Made by a program: the position numbers and the translations under genes
Notes under the pieces: model-generated
Database searches by the model: none
Seen by the model: only the letters and a program-made list of their open reading frames with translations
Told to the model about the DNA's origin: nothing
Shown here: positions 12,581-26,806 of the stretch, one piece after another
Position numbering within the stretch: position 1 is the stretch's first letter
Layout: every line of letters begins with the position of its first letter
Assembly: GCA_002269645.1 (NCBI GenBank)
Contig: NIVC01001809.1
Location: 1 to 64,000, forward strand
Length of the DNA: 64,000 nt
From: Macrostomum lignano
Taxonomy: Eukaryota
Reading direction: 5' to 3'

Positions 12581-13292
12581 ATGCCCAACCTCAAAATTTC
12601 ACCCGTACAATGCAACTCAGTTTTGTCTAGATTTGCGACTTACCTATCTGCCACCACACTGAAAGACTGGTAGCTTGTACCCTTTAGGCTACACTTTACA
12701 TATTGTACTGTATGTCTGGCAAACTAACTTGTATCTGCACACTTGTGCACTCATATATTTATATAGGCCTTGTGTGGGCTGGTTTTTTGGATAACAAACA
12801 GAAAGCTTTAGTTTAAGGCAACCAGATAAGGCTGAAGGCAAACTGCAGCAAAACTACCTTCAGTAAAAAAAGTACAGGCACTGGTAACTTTGACTTGTGG
12901 AAATGGTAAGTGTTGCTTTTGCTAAGCTGCTTGCAAATTATAACCTTATCCATTTCATTGGATAAAACATTTCAAAAATCAAGTTGGTAAACCTTTGTAG
13001 CTAAAGAAAGACTTGTCACTTGCATTTCAGGTCTAGCTAAGTAAGAATGAGGTATAAGCTACAGCTTTTCTTGCAAAATTGCACTACTTGCCCTATGTTT
13101 CTACTGTGCTTCAATAAACTGTTGGACTGATCTAGACAGATTGTGTACTTTTGTTATAAATGAGCTGAATACTGATAGACCCCATCTTGGCTCTCAAGAG
13201 TTTTTGGAATTTGTTGAATTAAAGCTTGTATGTTCGATAAAGCCTACATTGACAGTTCAAAAAACCAGTCATTACTTTTTCTATAGACTTTT

Positions 13293-16200
13293 TTGCATTG
13301 CAATGAAGGAAAAACCAAATTTTTTGTTATTGCATCAAAGGATAGAATAAATACAGCAGACATGTACTTCACAGACTTTGCAATTGGGTATACAGGTAAA
13401 ACAGGACTACTGTCTAAGGAAGCACCAGCTGGGGCATTGCAATTTTCAATTTTCAAATTTTTCAAATTGGCAAGTAAACAACTTCCAAATGACCTAAATA
13501 TATTGAGGAATGATAATGGCAAAAGTCCTATGGCCCTCATGCTTCTATATCAGAAAGACTATTCAAGAAATGAAGATGCGGCAAACTACCTAAATAGCAT
13601 TGCAAAGTTACCTCTAACAAAGATGCACCCATCTAATAGGTGACCTACATTTGTTGATAGAATTCCAATCAATGAGGATATTTCAACATAGAACTCACGA
13701 CATGATCATTTATGCAAGAGGTATATAGAACAACCAGTGTACATTCTTTGAGTCATATACTTCACTTAAAGATAGACTTATACCTGACTATATACTGAGT
13801 CCTGCACGTGAATGGGATGAAAAAGGCCATGAAGACTATTCTATCAACTGGTGCCCCCTTTCTGCAGCTAAAGAGCAAAAGCCATTGCTCTTTACATGAT
13901 GGAAACTTGGTTGTATAACTCCTGGAGAAGTGAATGATTGTTCTGGTGTGCATTGGATTTTAGAAAATTGACTAGCAATTTTAAGTGCAGCCCAGGGATC
14001 AGGTGATGGTGCAGCTGCAGCACATTCAAGGGAACTAGAAGCACGACCATCCCAATGTTCAGCAAGCTCACACAGAGAGAGACTGTTAATGGCAGTGCAA
14101 AATCCAGAGGTTGTTGCTTCTAATAGAGATCTAGCTGTACAGAATGCAGAAATTAAGATTCATGGTGCAGATGCAACAACCCACGCATATTGATCTTCTC
14201 AAATAAGCATGCCAGCATGTCAGGATGCTTGAGAAGAGCAAACCAATAATGTACTTCTATAGATTTAAGCAACTGTCTGTCACAGAAACAGGACAAAGCA
14301 TATTTGATATGCTAAAAGATTTATTTACTCAAGATAATATTGCAACAATTGTTTCACAAAGACTATGGGGCATTACAACAAATAGAGCATCTGTGATAAC
14401 AGGAAATCGAGTTGGACTTACAAGTTTGCTAAAACTATGGGCAAGAAACAATTACTTCCAACACCATTGTGCTGCACACAAATTGGAACTTTCTATGTAT
14501 CATACCTTCGAAAATTTGCCATAAGTCATGACTATAAAGTGTAATGCTTCTCTTGCTGAAACATCAGTGGCTTTAAATGCTGTGTTTTATAACCTTAAAA
14601 AGATATACCCGATTAGATGGGTAGCATCATAAGTCTCAGCTTTAGAAGTTGTTAGAAAGTCCTACTATACTTTGGTAACTAATTTAGAAAGTATAAAGTC
14701 ACCTTCCACTGGATTTATTTATGAAAGCAAAGCTATAGCAACTGGCTTTCTAAATACTCTTCAGAATATTCGGTACTATGCTCTGCATATATTTATTTTG
14801 GATGTGCTAAATTCTTTTTAACTTCAATCTATGCAGTTTTAGAAGATACAAGCAACTTTTATTGGCCTACAAAAATGTCACAATGACTTAATAAACTCAT
14901 TGGAAATACTAAAATACTAAAAACTGAAAATGGGCCAAGCACAACAGCATTCCTAAACTCTTGCAAGTGCCAAGTAGTGACAAGGCATACCGAGGAGACA
15001 GAGTACTGATCCCACTGCCAGACATATGACCTCTCACACTCTAACTTTCAATGCTTTATAGGACAAGACAACTCAAAATTTTGAACTAAGGCAACCTTGC
15101 TCAGTTTGTGCTACAGGTACTAGGGGTTGCCCATATGTAGAGAGAGAGAGAGAGAGAGAGAGGCAGCAGGGCGGTTTTGTGTGCACACTAGCGCACTTTA
15201 AGCAACATAGGCACACAACCAACGAGAGGCATTACTGCCCATTCTGCCAACTCCCTTGAGCAGGCACACAAGCGCACGGATACGTACGCAGGCACACACT
15301 CACACAGGAGTGTACAGTGGCCCTAACTTTATTTTATTGTTAGGCATGTACACTTCACTGCGCCTTGGGGGGTTGGCTCTCAAGGCCATTAATTACACAA
15401 GCAAAGCCAAGCCGAGATTCCAATTTAGCCCCAAATTAATGTGACTGCACTTGGAATCGAGCCTGGGTCGCTAGCACACCAGAGCAGCTGCGCTACCACT
15501 GGGCTATGCCCCCCCCCGCCCATATGTAAGTTCTGCTTCATCTTCTTCTACAAGTGCTGCCAAAATATCCGAAAATAAATTTCCACCACTGAAAGATATT
15601 CAAGCTAATATCATTGACAATATTATTACTCAACTACAGAGATACTTTCCTGAGGAGACATACTCAATATTTGATGTTCTTGATCCCAAAGCTTTACCTA
15701 CTGAAGACACTCTTGAAAGGGTTTTTGTATACAGTGCAAAGATTATTCTTCTAGCTAGATGCCTTGGAATTCATTTAATTGTCTGCTAAAGATTAAATGG
15801 AAATAGTATCGTCTGATTCTGATTCTCATTCAAGCCAAGCACATGGGCATTAGAAGTGGTTGCCAAGGACAATATCTAGCCAGTTTCAAATACTCATTCA
15901 TAGCTTAATAGCTTACAAGAATGAATTCTGCACCTATAAGATTAAAAGTCCTGTTTCATTCTGGGCTTTTTTCTTGAAGTACAGACAGTTGAATAGATGC
16001 TTAGAATTAAAAAACTAATTCAGGTAGTGCTAACTTTGCCTATTTCTTCAGCTGATGCAGAATGAGGATTTTCTATCTATAAACATATAGCATATGATAG
16101 AACATAGTTAACATCTGCCAACATTGAGCATCTATTATAAATTAAATTCACATTTATGGTCCTCCATTGAGCAATTTTATATAGGAAATTTATATAAATA
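13293..16200 (+). mobile_element. Fossil hAT transposase (ZNF862/C17orf113-like); left boundary approximate
   Basis: TNRASVITG..VGL..LLK...HCAAHKLEL at 14225..14524, and the hAT dimerisation motif VLTLPISSADAE*GFS...IEHLL..I...GP near 16020..16170. Many stops and frameshifts; interrupted by a SINE. Confidence 0.8.
15140..15517 (-). mobile_element. tRNA-derived SINE, copy 2, inserted in the hAT fossil
   Basis: Reverse complement of 8687..9053 with a (CT)n tail. Perfect 11-bp TSD GCCCATATGTA at 15129..15139 and 15518..15528. Confidence 0.9.
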
Positions 16201-16253
16201 ACTAGTTAAATAGTCACTGGGCATCAGATGCTCCTAGTAGAAGAGAAAATTGC

Positions 16254-16494
16254 AACTTAGTTCCTCCTGTCTACAACTTAGTTCCTGTTGATTGTGACTT
16301 AGTTCCTCCCAATTGCAACTTAGTTCCTCCCAATTGCGACTTAGTTCTTCCTGTCTGCGAATTAGTTCCTCCCAATTGCAACTTAGTTTTTCTTGATTGC
16401 GACTTAGTTCCTCTTGACTATAACTTAGTTCCTTCTGATTGTGACTTAGTTCTTCCCAATTGCAACTTAGTTCCTCTTAATTGTGACTTTGTTC
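16254..16494. repeat. ~21-bp minisatellite (ACTTAGTTCCTCCCAATTGCA)n
   Basis: About 11 diverged units. Confidence 0.85.
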
Positions 16495-16765
16495 CAGGGT
16501 TTTTTTGTGCGCAGAGTGTGCGTATGCACCCTAAATTTTAAAATCGCACCCTGAAATTAAAAAAGTAGGTGCGGTTTAGGTGCGGTCTTATAACCATTTT
16601 TCTTTAAAGGCTTAACCATGCTTAAGCTATTTTTTATGCACTGCCTTAAAATATGAAACAAAATAACTCTTTAAATCCTATTAAGTCATATAGGCAATAT
16701 AGCCTATAGCTATAGCCTTATGTAAGATATTAAAATATACATTCCCAGTTGTCTGAAATGTGAGC

Positions 16766-19245
16766 AATGTGAGGGTTTCACGAGAGATATTCAGACAGGG
16801 GCTCCCTAAAACACGCCCCGCACCGGGCCCCGAACCGCTACACATTATAACATTTTTTGTCAATGCAGTATTTGATTGCAAGGAAAAGTTAAAATAGTAA
16901 TGGAATAAATATCTTTATTTATTTTCTTAAATATTATTATTTTTTTATATTCTCGTTTTCATTATTAAATTATAATATTATTATTTTATTAATATTATTA
17001 TTAATATCACTTATTGTTCACCGAATTTTATATTTCAAAGTAAAAAAACTAAATTTAATAAAAACTTGAAGCTTAACAGAAAACGCATTCTGAAGTGTCT
17101 TTAGTTATAGTCCAATTTGTTTTAATGTGTAGGGCTACAGGGCGGTGCGGGCGTGTTTTAGGGAGACCCATTCAGACAGACATTCAAAATGATTGTCTGT
17201 AACTTCAAACAAAATTGACCTGCTTCAACCATCTTTTTGGCAAATACTTACGCAAGTGTTGGGCGTCAAATAAGCTTTAATTTATTAACTGAAGTAAAAA
17301 TCCTTCTGACATACATTGATTTAAAAATTGCTTAGCAACACTAGCTCTGATTAGAAATCGCTTTACTGTTGACTAAAATTGTTTTGATCGTAGCAGCCTA
17401 AAAGTAGATACTGGATTTAAAAATGCTTCGATTTACTCTATACGCATGTCTCAGCTTTAAAATGACACCTCAGGTACACCTCAAGACAGCTTTGATGCTG
17501 AGATATTCGACACTAAACAATTGCTTTGCACAAACTCACATTCAGAAATTTCAGTGATTTTTTGTCGATATTTGTGCAGTTGCCGTGTCCTTGTTTTTCA
17601 TCAGAATCTCGTCAAATTCTAGTCATGTCTATATGCATGTCTCAGCTTTAAAATGACACCTCAGGCGTTGCAAAAGACAGCTTTGATGCTGAGATATTTG
17701 ACACTAAACATTGCTTTGCTCAAACTCACATTCGGAAACTTCACTGATTTTTATTCAATATTTGTTCAGATGCTTGTCTACTTCTCCATTTATTAACCAT
17801 CGCATGGAGCCTTGCTAATGTACAAGTGTATATAGTTACTGTAAATGGGGTTTTTGTGACTCACTTAAACTTGTTTACGCATTCTGCAGCTATTCGCCAC
17901 CTTTCATTGGAGTGATTCATAGAGTCCAGTTGATAAATTTCTGCAAATTGGACTGCTTCTACATCAGATCTCAACATTTGGAACCGTCCTTGAACTATTT
18001 CAGAGTTAAGTGAGCTAATGGCATCAAATGGAAGGCTAGTGCTCGTACTCGTATGCGAAGTAGGTTCACAATTGAAATGGTTGTATTCATGGCCATGGGA
18101 TCTAAACTGATCTGTTTTACTTTCACGATCGCTTCGGTCTTAGAAGGAGCAGCAGTTGATGGACTGAGGTGAGAAGAAGATATGTCACGACTTTAGCTGT
18201 TTTTAGAAAATATCTTTATCCAATTAAATATTTTCATGCGGCTCCTTGGGTTGTTCCGAATTCCAAGTCTAGAAGTCAAGACAGAAAAAAAGTTGAGAAC
18301 TGCTACAGTAGTCCGTAGGGATTGGAAAGCTTAGCAGTACATTAGAAATCGCCTGTTCAATCTAAAAAGTTTGAAGTACATATAGCTATTGGGTTGCAAC
18401 AACAGTAGAAAAAATTCTTCCTTTTTATTTTATTCCCACCGCTTACCTCATTCCGATTTGGATAGCAGAATTGCCACGCAAAAAAAGTAAAAACATAACA
18501 ATAAACTATTTGCTTCATACTAATTGCCACTAACTGTTAATAAACGCAATTTCTCTCAATAACAGTTGGAACATGTTTCTCGTACACTCGTATATTGATT
18601 TGAACCACAAAGTGGTGAAAAAGTCATGATTGGTTGCCATATGTACAAATGTACACTCACAGACTCACTGACTCAGGTACAATCTATGCAATATAAAGGA
18701 TGGAATCATTAAAAATCAAATACTTAAGACAGTTTAAGAGAAGTCCAGGTTTAAACTGGACATGACTAGAATTTGACAAGTTTCTGATGAAAAACAAGGA
18801 CACCGCGGCAGCTGCACAAATATTGATAAAAATCACTGAAATTTCTGAATGTGAGTTTGCGCAAAGCAATTGTTTAGTGTCGAATATCTCAGCATCAAAG
18901 CTGTCTTTTGCAACGCCTGAGGTGTCATTTTAAAGCTGAGACATGCGTATAGAGTAAATCGAAGCATTTTTAAATCCAGTATCTGCTTTTAGGCTGCTAC
19001 GATCAAAACAATTTTAGTCAACAGTAAAGCGATTTCTAATCAGAGCTAACTGTGTTGCTAAGCAATTTTTAAATCAATGTATGTCAGAAGGATTTTTACT
19101 TCAGTTAATAAATTAAAGCTTATTCGACGCCCAACACTTGCGTAAGTATTTGCCAAAAAGATGGTTGAAGTGGGTCAATTTTGTTTAAAGTTACAGACGA
19201 TCGTTTCGAATGTCTGTCTGAATATCTCTCGTGAAACCCTTACAT
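16766..19245. mobile_element. Foldback-type element with ~0.5-kb terminal inverted repeats
   Basis: 16766..16798 plus 17180..~17628 are the reverse complement of ~18758..19245 (e.g. GCAAATACTTACGCAAGTGTTGGGCGTC). Part of the left arm is duplicated at ~17635..17770. No TSD or transposase recognised. Confidence 0.8.
16799..17169. mobile_element. MULE-like MITE (371 bp) inserted in the left arm of the foldback element
   Basis: ~28-bp TIR GGGCTCCCTAAAACACGCCCCGCACC and 10-bp TSD ATTCAGACAG (16789..16798, 17170..17179). The right foldback arm shows the empty site. Confidence 0.85.
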
Positions 19246-22200
19246 TCTAAACAAGACTCAAGAGAAATTGCACTCTGAGCCTTAAAATCGCACCTTGAAA
19301 TTTGGCACAAGATGCGATTTCGCACCTTATCTCTGGCAAAAAAAACCCAGCTTTGTTCTTCTGTTCTCTTTTCTTTTCTTTCTTTATTTTCTCCTCTTTC
19401 CCCTCTTTTTTTATTTTCTTTTTCTTTCCTCTCTTTTATTTATTCTTCTAATTTTTTTTTGTTTTTCCCATTTTTGATTTTGCAACTTACCTTGGCTCGT
19501 GGCCATTTCACCTGTCTGGTTCAGATAGATGTTGGGCATATATAGGCTGGCTAAGGCTGGTTCCACTAGCGAACTGCTGGGGCTGGGCCCAGCAGCCCCT
19601 ATCTTTGCTTTCGTGATCAACTCCCATGTTAAGCGCTAGACTGACTCCGAGCATCTCTGCAAATGGCACGACAACCAGAATTATAGGCAATCCTATGCTG
19701 CCATCCCTTGCCTTTCTCCTCTCTTGCATAGAGCCCTCCTTAGGCTCAACCCCAAAGACTTCAAAAAAGTCAATATGGACTTCTCTGGGCATGGCTACTT
19801 CTCTAGCCACCGTTTCCTTTAGGGCCAAGTTCTTAAGGAACAGTGCCCTTTCTGCTGCTTAGGCAATAAAAATGCCAAGCATTTTATCTGCTACTGCCCA
19901 GTCTTCACTAGGGCTAGGCTCACTCACCTTGGGCCAAACCTGGTTTTCTCTGACGTTTGCAGCCCTGAGAACATCCCACTGCTTGCATGGTACCTTAGGG
20001 ACACGGGACAAGCTAAGTTATTCCTACCACTGGTGAGGACTGCGCTATAGGTGAGACCAATAGGTCCCCTTGAGTGACATCGCTTTGATGGAAGTCATTG
20101 GTCGCCAGGGGCTAGTGGAATGGGTAGTCTCCTCTGCCTCCTCACTGCATCCACCAGATGCCCCCCTGCAGCTAAGTCAAGTAAGTCAAGGGCATGCACT
20201 AATTTTTTTCAACATGCATTTATTATTATTCTATTTTTGTTTGGGTGTGCACCCAGCATAATCTGGACTATGGTTCCTATTAAATTTTTTATTCCCAAAA
20301 AATTAGGCCTAGAAACTTTTAAAAGTAATTTGAAAAAAAAATTGTCTGGATGGCGGCAGATGGTTCTCAAAAACTCAACAACAAATAGACAGACAAATAG
20401 ACAACACAAAATTCAGTGAATAGATGTGTAGGTCTAATTAAAAGCATTTATATAGTAGACTAGAAAAAAATCAAAGCTTCTGATAATAAATAATGTAGAA
20501 AAAGAACAATATTAAAACAATATATAATTTTTTTATACATACCAGTGACATAACTATTGTCAATTACTGCAACTCTTGCATGACCAACACCAATGGCATT
20601 TCTGGTAAGCACAAACGTTTTTAAGCCGAAATTGCAACCAGACTGTACTTTCCACATTTTATTTAGGTGTTATACAGAAAATTTGCATAAGACTCGTTGG
20701 GACTTAAGTGAATTAAACAACCTGCCTAAGAAAGATTTGAAGAAATTCAAGCAACTCTGGGACTGGAAAAAAAATATCCTTTAAAAAAGTAAAAAATACA
20801 GAGCATATTTTTCAAAAGCTTATTAAAGTGTATTCTATAAGGATTAAAATACTAGTGCTAAAAAAAGTTATCGGTATTTCTATGCTGAAACTGTTGTTAT
20901 AAATAATAACTATTTTTTCTTTTAAATTCGTCATTTGGGGTAAATAATAATTTACGACATTCCTTCGCATCAATTAGCATAAAAAATAATTCTATTTAAT
21001 TTGTTCCAAAAGTAATTAGCCCTTTTAAGGAAATATCCTTTAGAAGCAGTTAGGAAAGTCAAATTTATTCACAAAGTAACGAAACAACAACGACACACAG
21101 TCGAATTTTCAGCAATAAATCATTTACCAACGGTTATTTAGGAACAAAAACGAGAAACTGTCCTTAATGAAACACAAAACTTAGCGCACGGTGAATTTCA
21201 GTAGCGTTCTTCTGGGCCTTTTTCTTAGGCCTATCGTAACTCATTTCAGTATTTCACTAATGTCATCTACTATAGAAACGTATGATATGGCAGGCAACTC
21301 AGAAACAGAAAGACAACTAGGCCTAGGCCCTAGCCTACCCTAGGGGGGCCTACTAACTTTATGCACTAGTAAAAATTCTTTTGAACCATGGCTCTGGTTA
21401 GAGTTTGTGACCATAGATAATTTAGGTTCAAGTAATGCATTGCACTCTAGAAGCTAGGCTTCATGTTCTGTCTGAGTTTATTTTATTTTAAGATTTTACC
21501 ATGCAACAATGAGTATTCTGACTAGCTAACTACAGCTACAATTGAGAATATTAATGGCAATAATAAAAATCAATTGAATTGGCAATCAATAATTATTGCT
21601 TTTATAAGTATTATAAGTTTTATAAGTATAAGTATAAAAAGTTAATTGCATGTTTCCTTTTGTTTGTATGTGGAAGAAATTTAAAAATTAAAATTTATAT
21701 GCCTTTTCTTAGAAACAATTTACTTTAAACAAGCAGTATACTTCTTTTTTGATGCTGACGTATTTAAGCATACATGCAACTAATCTAGAGTATTTATTTC
21801 AATTTATATTTGAAATTATGCATACACTTTTTTACAAACTGACACAATGACTATTTGACAAAAAGGTTTTCAACAAAATGTCCAATCACCATTTAAACAA
21901 GGTATCAAATTATAAAAGACTAAATCTAGAGTATTTTTTAGCTTAAATTTGAAATTATATACTTTATTTGGCACTAAAGTAACCTGTCACTAGAATGGAT
22001 GTTACCAAAGGGATTCACCAAAGTAATTATAATTCTTCATTATATAGATAAAGTGTAAGTCTATAGGGTATCATATCATTAATTTACTAATAGTGCTAAA
22101 TTTGATTATTCCATAATTGTTTTTTTGATTTAATTTTTAACTTAAGGCCTATATACTAGGCTTATATTTCTAATTCTGACTCTAAAAACAATTTTTATAG

Positions 22201-22773
22201 AACTTTATAATATGAAGGTTTTTTTTACATTTTTTGACTATGAATTTTATTTGCCTTAGTTTTTACAAAAAAAATTTCAGTAACCTTAATTAGGCTTAGC
22301 TTAGTCTAAGGTCTTAGTCTTTTCAAAAATAGTATCTAGGCCTTATGAATAAAATTGGCCATTGTCACAAAAACAAAGCAGTAAGTTCTCAAAAATAGAA
22401 AATTCAAGTTTTGTTAATATCTACAATTTTGTAGGCATGTTTAAATACATTTCTCAAGCATATAAACACTTAAGCACTTCTCTAAGAATATGCTTGCACA
22501 TTTTCTTTTCTTAAAGCCAGAATTCCATCCTAGTTCTGAGTGCTATTATTCACATTTTATTATTTCATTTCAGTTATATTGATATTATATTGACATTTTT
22601 GCCTTGTAGGAAAAAGTTGCAAAACTGTGGTGACAGCATCCAGAGCACTTGAAATTTTTCACACGCGCGGTGTGTGCTTTCCTTTCCTGCTGGCTGCTGT
22701 TCTATCAAATAAATATGGAAAGGGGCCTAATACCTCTGTGGAAGGGACCTATACACTCATCATTTATAATGCA

Positions 22774-23059
22774 TGGAGATGTTCTAAATTTTCAATTTCA
22801 GTTTTCCCAGATTTGGAATTTTGAAGAAAATTTCAATTTCAAAAAAAATTGTAAGTGTCTTAAAAAGTGGCTAAAAAACTAATTCCTGCTACATATACAT
22901 ATTTTTTGTTTTGCATAAAAAGTAAATTAAAAGTAAAAAAGTGAGTGTTGGTCATAGGGAACTTTGTTTTTCTGAATTTTAATATTGGAAATTTTCAATT
23001 TTGATTTTGAAAGTTAGAAAAATTTCAATTTTGATAGAAAATCTTTTGGAACATCTCTA
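22774..23059. mobile_element. hAT-type MITE (286 bp)
   Basis: TIR TGGAGATGTTCTAAA vs TAGAGATGTTCCAAA; 8-bp TSD ATAATGCA/ATAATGCT; internal TTTCAATTT repeats. Confidence 0.6.
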
Positions 23060-26000
23060 ATAATGCTAAAATGCAGTAAAATAATTTGACTTGCATTCTA
23101 AAGCACATGTCTATGGGTTTTTAACATTTATTCCAATAGGGCATTTTGTATAATATATTTTTAGCATTTTTGTAATATAATATATATTTGTCTATTTTTA
23201 ATTGTGATGCACTATGTATGATGATCATTCTTGTCCTAAATCAGTTTTTAATAATAATATTTCTAATATAAATTTTTTATTGACTTCTATGCTTAAGCTG
23301 AATATCTTCATTCTCTATCTATTGATAATAGTATATCCCATAGTCATAAAGATGGCATATGCAAATATTAGAGTTTGTGATCTAGGCCTTTGGGCTTTGT
23401 CTATTAACTATCATATCAGCTACCACCAAAGTTGTTGTATGGCTTATTTCTGCCCTCTGCTAAGTTACCAAAGTTGTAACAAGGGTTTTACTTCTCTCTA
23501 TTAAATTTCTATTGCTGACACCAAAGTTGTGCCTAGTTGAACTTCTGTCTTAATATTTCTAATTGTTTCTTGGGTAATTCCATAAGATGACGGTCGTTGG
23601 GTTGGACCAAATAATAATCAGTAATCATACAAAAGACAAACTAAATTGAGACTTTGTGAGTTCTATATTTATGGGCGTGACCTCTAGATTGAGATGAGAT
23701 ACATTTTAAAGTCATTTGTCTTACTGTGTTGATTTAGCAGAAAGAAACTTTTGATGACGGTCGTTTTTGGTGAAAGTTTATATATCCAACTTTATAACTC
23801 AAGTTTAAGATTCCTGCGAATCAGGCAAGTTTTTGTCTCAATTGATCATTAATTGTAGTAAACAATAGCTAGATGAATGGTTACAAACAATTATTACATT
23901 TTAGTAGATAACTTTAACTGTGTTGCACATTTTTTCTTAAATGACGGTTGTTGACTGACGGTCATTTGTTTCAAAAAAACGACCTTCAGTTTTAAAAAGT
24001 GTATTAGGATTCTCTATTTTTAGATACAATCTTGGTTAAAAGATTGTTTATAATCCATAGTTCATATAAAAACTATAACTTGCTTGTCTAACCATAAAAT
24101 TTATTATACCTGTTTCATATTTCAGATCAAACATACTTATGCACCTTCAACAAAAACATCACTTCATGATTGCACAACTCAACATATGATCATAAAGATG
24201 GACAGTCCTAATCTATTCAAGAATTCAAAGAATAGAATATAAAATTAACAAAACCAAAGGCAAATACAGATTATTTGTTAGGCAATAAGCAGTAGCACCA
24301 ATGGATAGTAAAAACTTGAGTCTAGTTAGACTACTTATGCTGAAGATTGGGGCATGTGTTAAGGTGCATTGCAAACTAAAGTGGAGAGTTCTAGGTGCAT
24401 GGTTAGTAATTGGAACAACATTTTTAATAGTGCAGGTTGAAAATGATTTTAAGGTATCAAACAAGTAATTGACAGTATACATTTTTAATAAAAGACTTGA
24501 ATTCCACTATATTTTCTTTACAATCAAAACTGTAAAAACTTTGAAAGAGAAATTGAATAAGTAATTCACATTTAAAAAAAGACATGATTTTAGAATATCA
24601 GTAAATTCAGTTTTTTGTATAAAATTTAGGAATAAATGATAGTAATTCAGGTTTTATGAAGATCAACAGATTTCAGAATACCAGAAAATGATGGTCGTTA
24701 GGTAACTTTGCAGGGTTTTTTTAGCATGTTACACTTATCATAAACTAACAAAAATGACTATAAACTTAAATATAGGCTCAGAAAATATTTTAGCAAAAAA
24801 ATATCAACTTATAAACCTTTTGAAAATTAGTACAACAACTTTTTGTAAAAAAAATGATGGTCGTTTTTAACACTTAAAAAAGGGAAATCAAACTTTTTAA
24901 AATAAAAAATTATGATAGATAGAACTATATCAAATCATAAAACTTTATAATTTCAGTCTTTAGATATAAGAAAGAAAGATTTTTATTATTTATGCACTTG
25001 ATGCATTATGTTTATTCACTTTTTTTCTTATTGAAAACTAGATTAAACTTTTTATAATGTCCCGCAGGACATTTAAAATCTTGCAAGGGTACCATGATCA
25101 AAACAAAATATATATACCTAGAGGTAGATAAATGTGTATGAAACTATATAAAAATGAAACTATACATAATTATATGCAAAATGAAATATTCACATTTGCA
25201 AATAATTTTTAAAAATATTTCTATACCTTTGATGACCCTATCATGGAATAACCCTCTTAGAATCTCATCTATAATATATTTCTGGTAGCATCTAATGTAT
25301 GGCCTGGGTGGTCTAGTACTATTAGATAAGTTAGTCTAATTGGGTGTTCACCAAGATTAGAGGGTCACAGCACAACTCTTAGTATACCCTTTGAATAATA
25401 TCCTTCTTCTTACTCTTAGTAGAACCTTTTCTCAAAATCCCTTTTCCTAAATGAATATGTTCTTCTCAGCCCTCTTCTAAATTTCTAAGTAATAATATTG
25501 AACTGAGTGCTCATAATCAGTCAAACTGTGCAAGAGTATGAATGGTTATTTATTTTGTGGCAAAATTTGCTCTTTATATAGGCAGATTTCTATATACACT
25601 TATAACAAAAAATTAATTTGTGCATTTATTTGAGCTTTAAAACAAACTTAGTTTTTCTCTAGCATTTTTGCAGAAATTCAACTTACAACTTATGAGTGAA
25701 ATATTTACCCATCTCAAATTAAACTCAAAAAAGGGTCCCTATGTATGCTAGGTATAAAAAATTGGACTGTTATATATACCAAAATTAAAAAATTGTGCAA
25801 CTTTACTTTTATGCTATGACAACAAAGGACCTTTTTTGTTGTTAAATTTAATGTACATTAAACAAAATAACAAAATAAGTGTTGTTTATTCTCCTTTATA
25901 ATAATAACTTGCAATTATGTGAAGTTGTAGTACCTAAATTCTTTAAAATAAGTATAATCATATTTAATCAATATTTTTATTTGTACTGTTGTCATTTCTT

Positions 26001-26806
26001 AACCATAGCCATTTTGTTATAAAAACTGGAACTAGAAGATACTAGCCTTTATTTTCAAACAGCATTGTAGACCACATTTGTGCATCAAATATATTGCAGA
26101 GTTTATTCTTCTGTCTTTAAAAATAATCCAACTAGTAATCTAACAAGGCTAATATTCTCTTGCTACACATGTAAGCCTTAGTACATTTGCATGTCAAACA
26201 TTTTTTTAATTATGCTTAATTACTATATGCATGTGCACCCTTCCTGATTTACATTAGCCATGCAACTTACCTTTTGACTAAAACCACCATTTACCTGTAA
26301 AATAAACCTAATCAATATAATTAAAATATTTTTAGGTATGTAATACATAGGTATGTAGGTATGTATAAAAATATATAATCTATATTTTGGTGAGAATTTT
26401 TGCAACTTACCTGTGCTGGGCCCCTCCTATTGGTTATAATGGGTTTCAATTTGCAATATTTAATTTTGACTTAGGATACCAACAATTGCATTATAATTTT
26501 TACCCTATTATAAAATATGACTTGAATGCACTAAAATCTTAGCCTATCAGTATTAAATGGTAATCTTTAAGTTAATGTATTATTTTTAGCCTTTTCTTAT
26601 GTTACTAAGGCTAGATGCTATTTGCTACAATGCCTATGGCCTGCAGTTGCAATTAGAGCACACTGATATATATCAGATTAATTTAGTTTCTTTTTGTATA
26701 TATTAAAAATTAATGATGTAGCATTTTCATAATTCTTCAGCAAAAGGCAAAAACTGTGCAATCAATTGTGAAGTGAAACACCTGCAAGTTACTCCAACTT
26801 GGAACA

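Larger units (their letters stand above)
16495..19350. mobile_element. Non-autonomous hAT element carrying nested insertions
   Basis: TIRs CAGGGTTTTTTT and AAAAAAACCCAG (1 mismatch); exact 8-bp TSD CTTTGTTC at 16487..16494 and 19351..19358; subterminal AAATCGCACC motifs near both ends. Confidence 0.85.

Noticed and set aside
19508-19862. 106-aa ORF in a GC-richer island
   Set aside because: No recognisable motif and an upstream in-frame stop; probably a retroelement relic that I cannot assign.
26271-26294. 24-bp minus-strand micro-exon-like segment (TTTTACAG...AAAG/GTAAGT)
   Set aside because: Splice phase does not fit the NDUFA9 acceptor options and no partner exons were identified.
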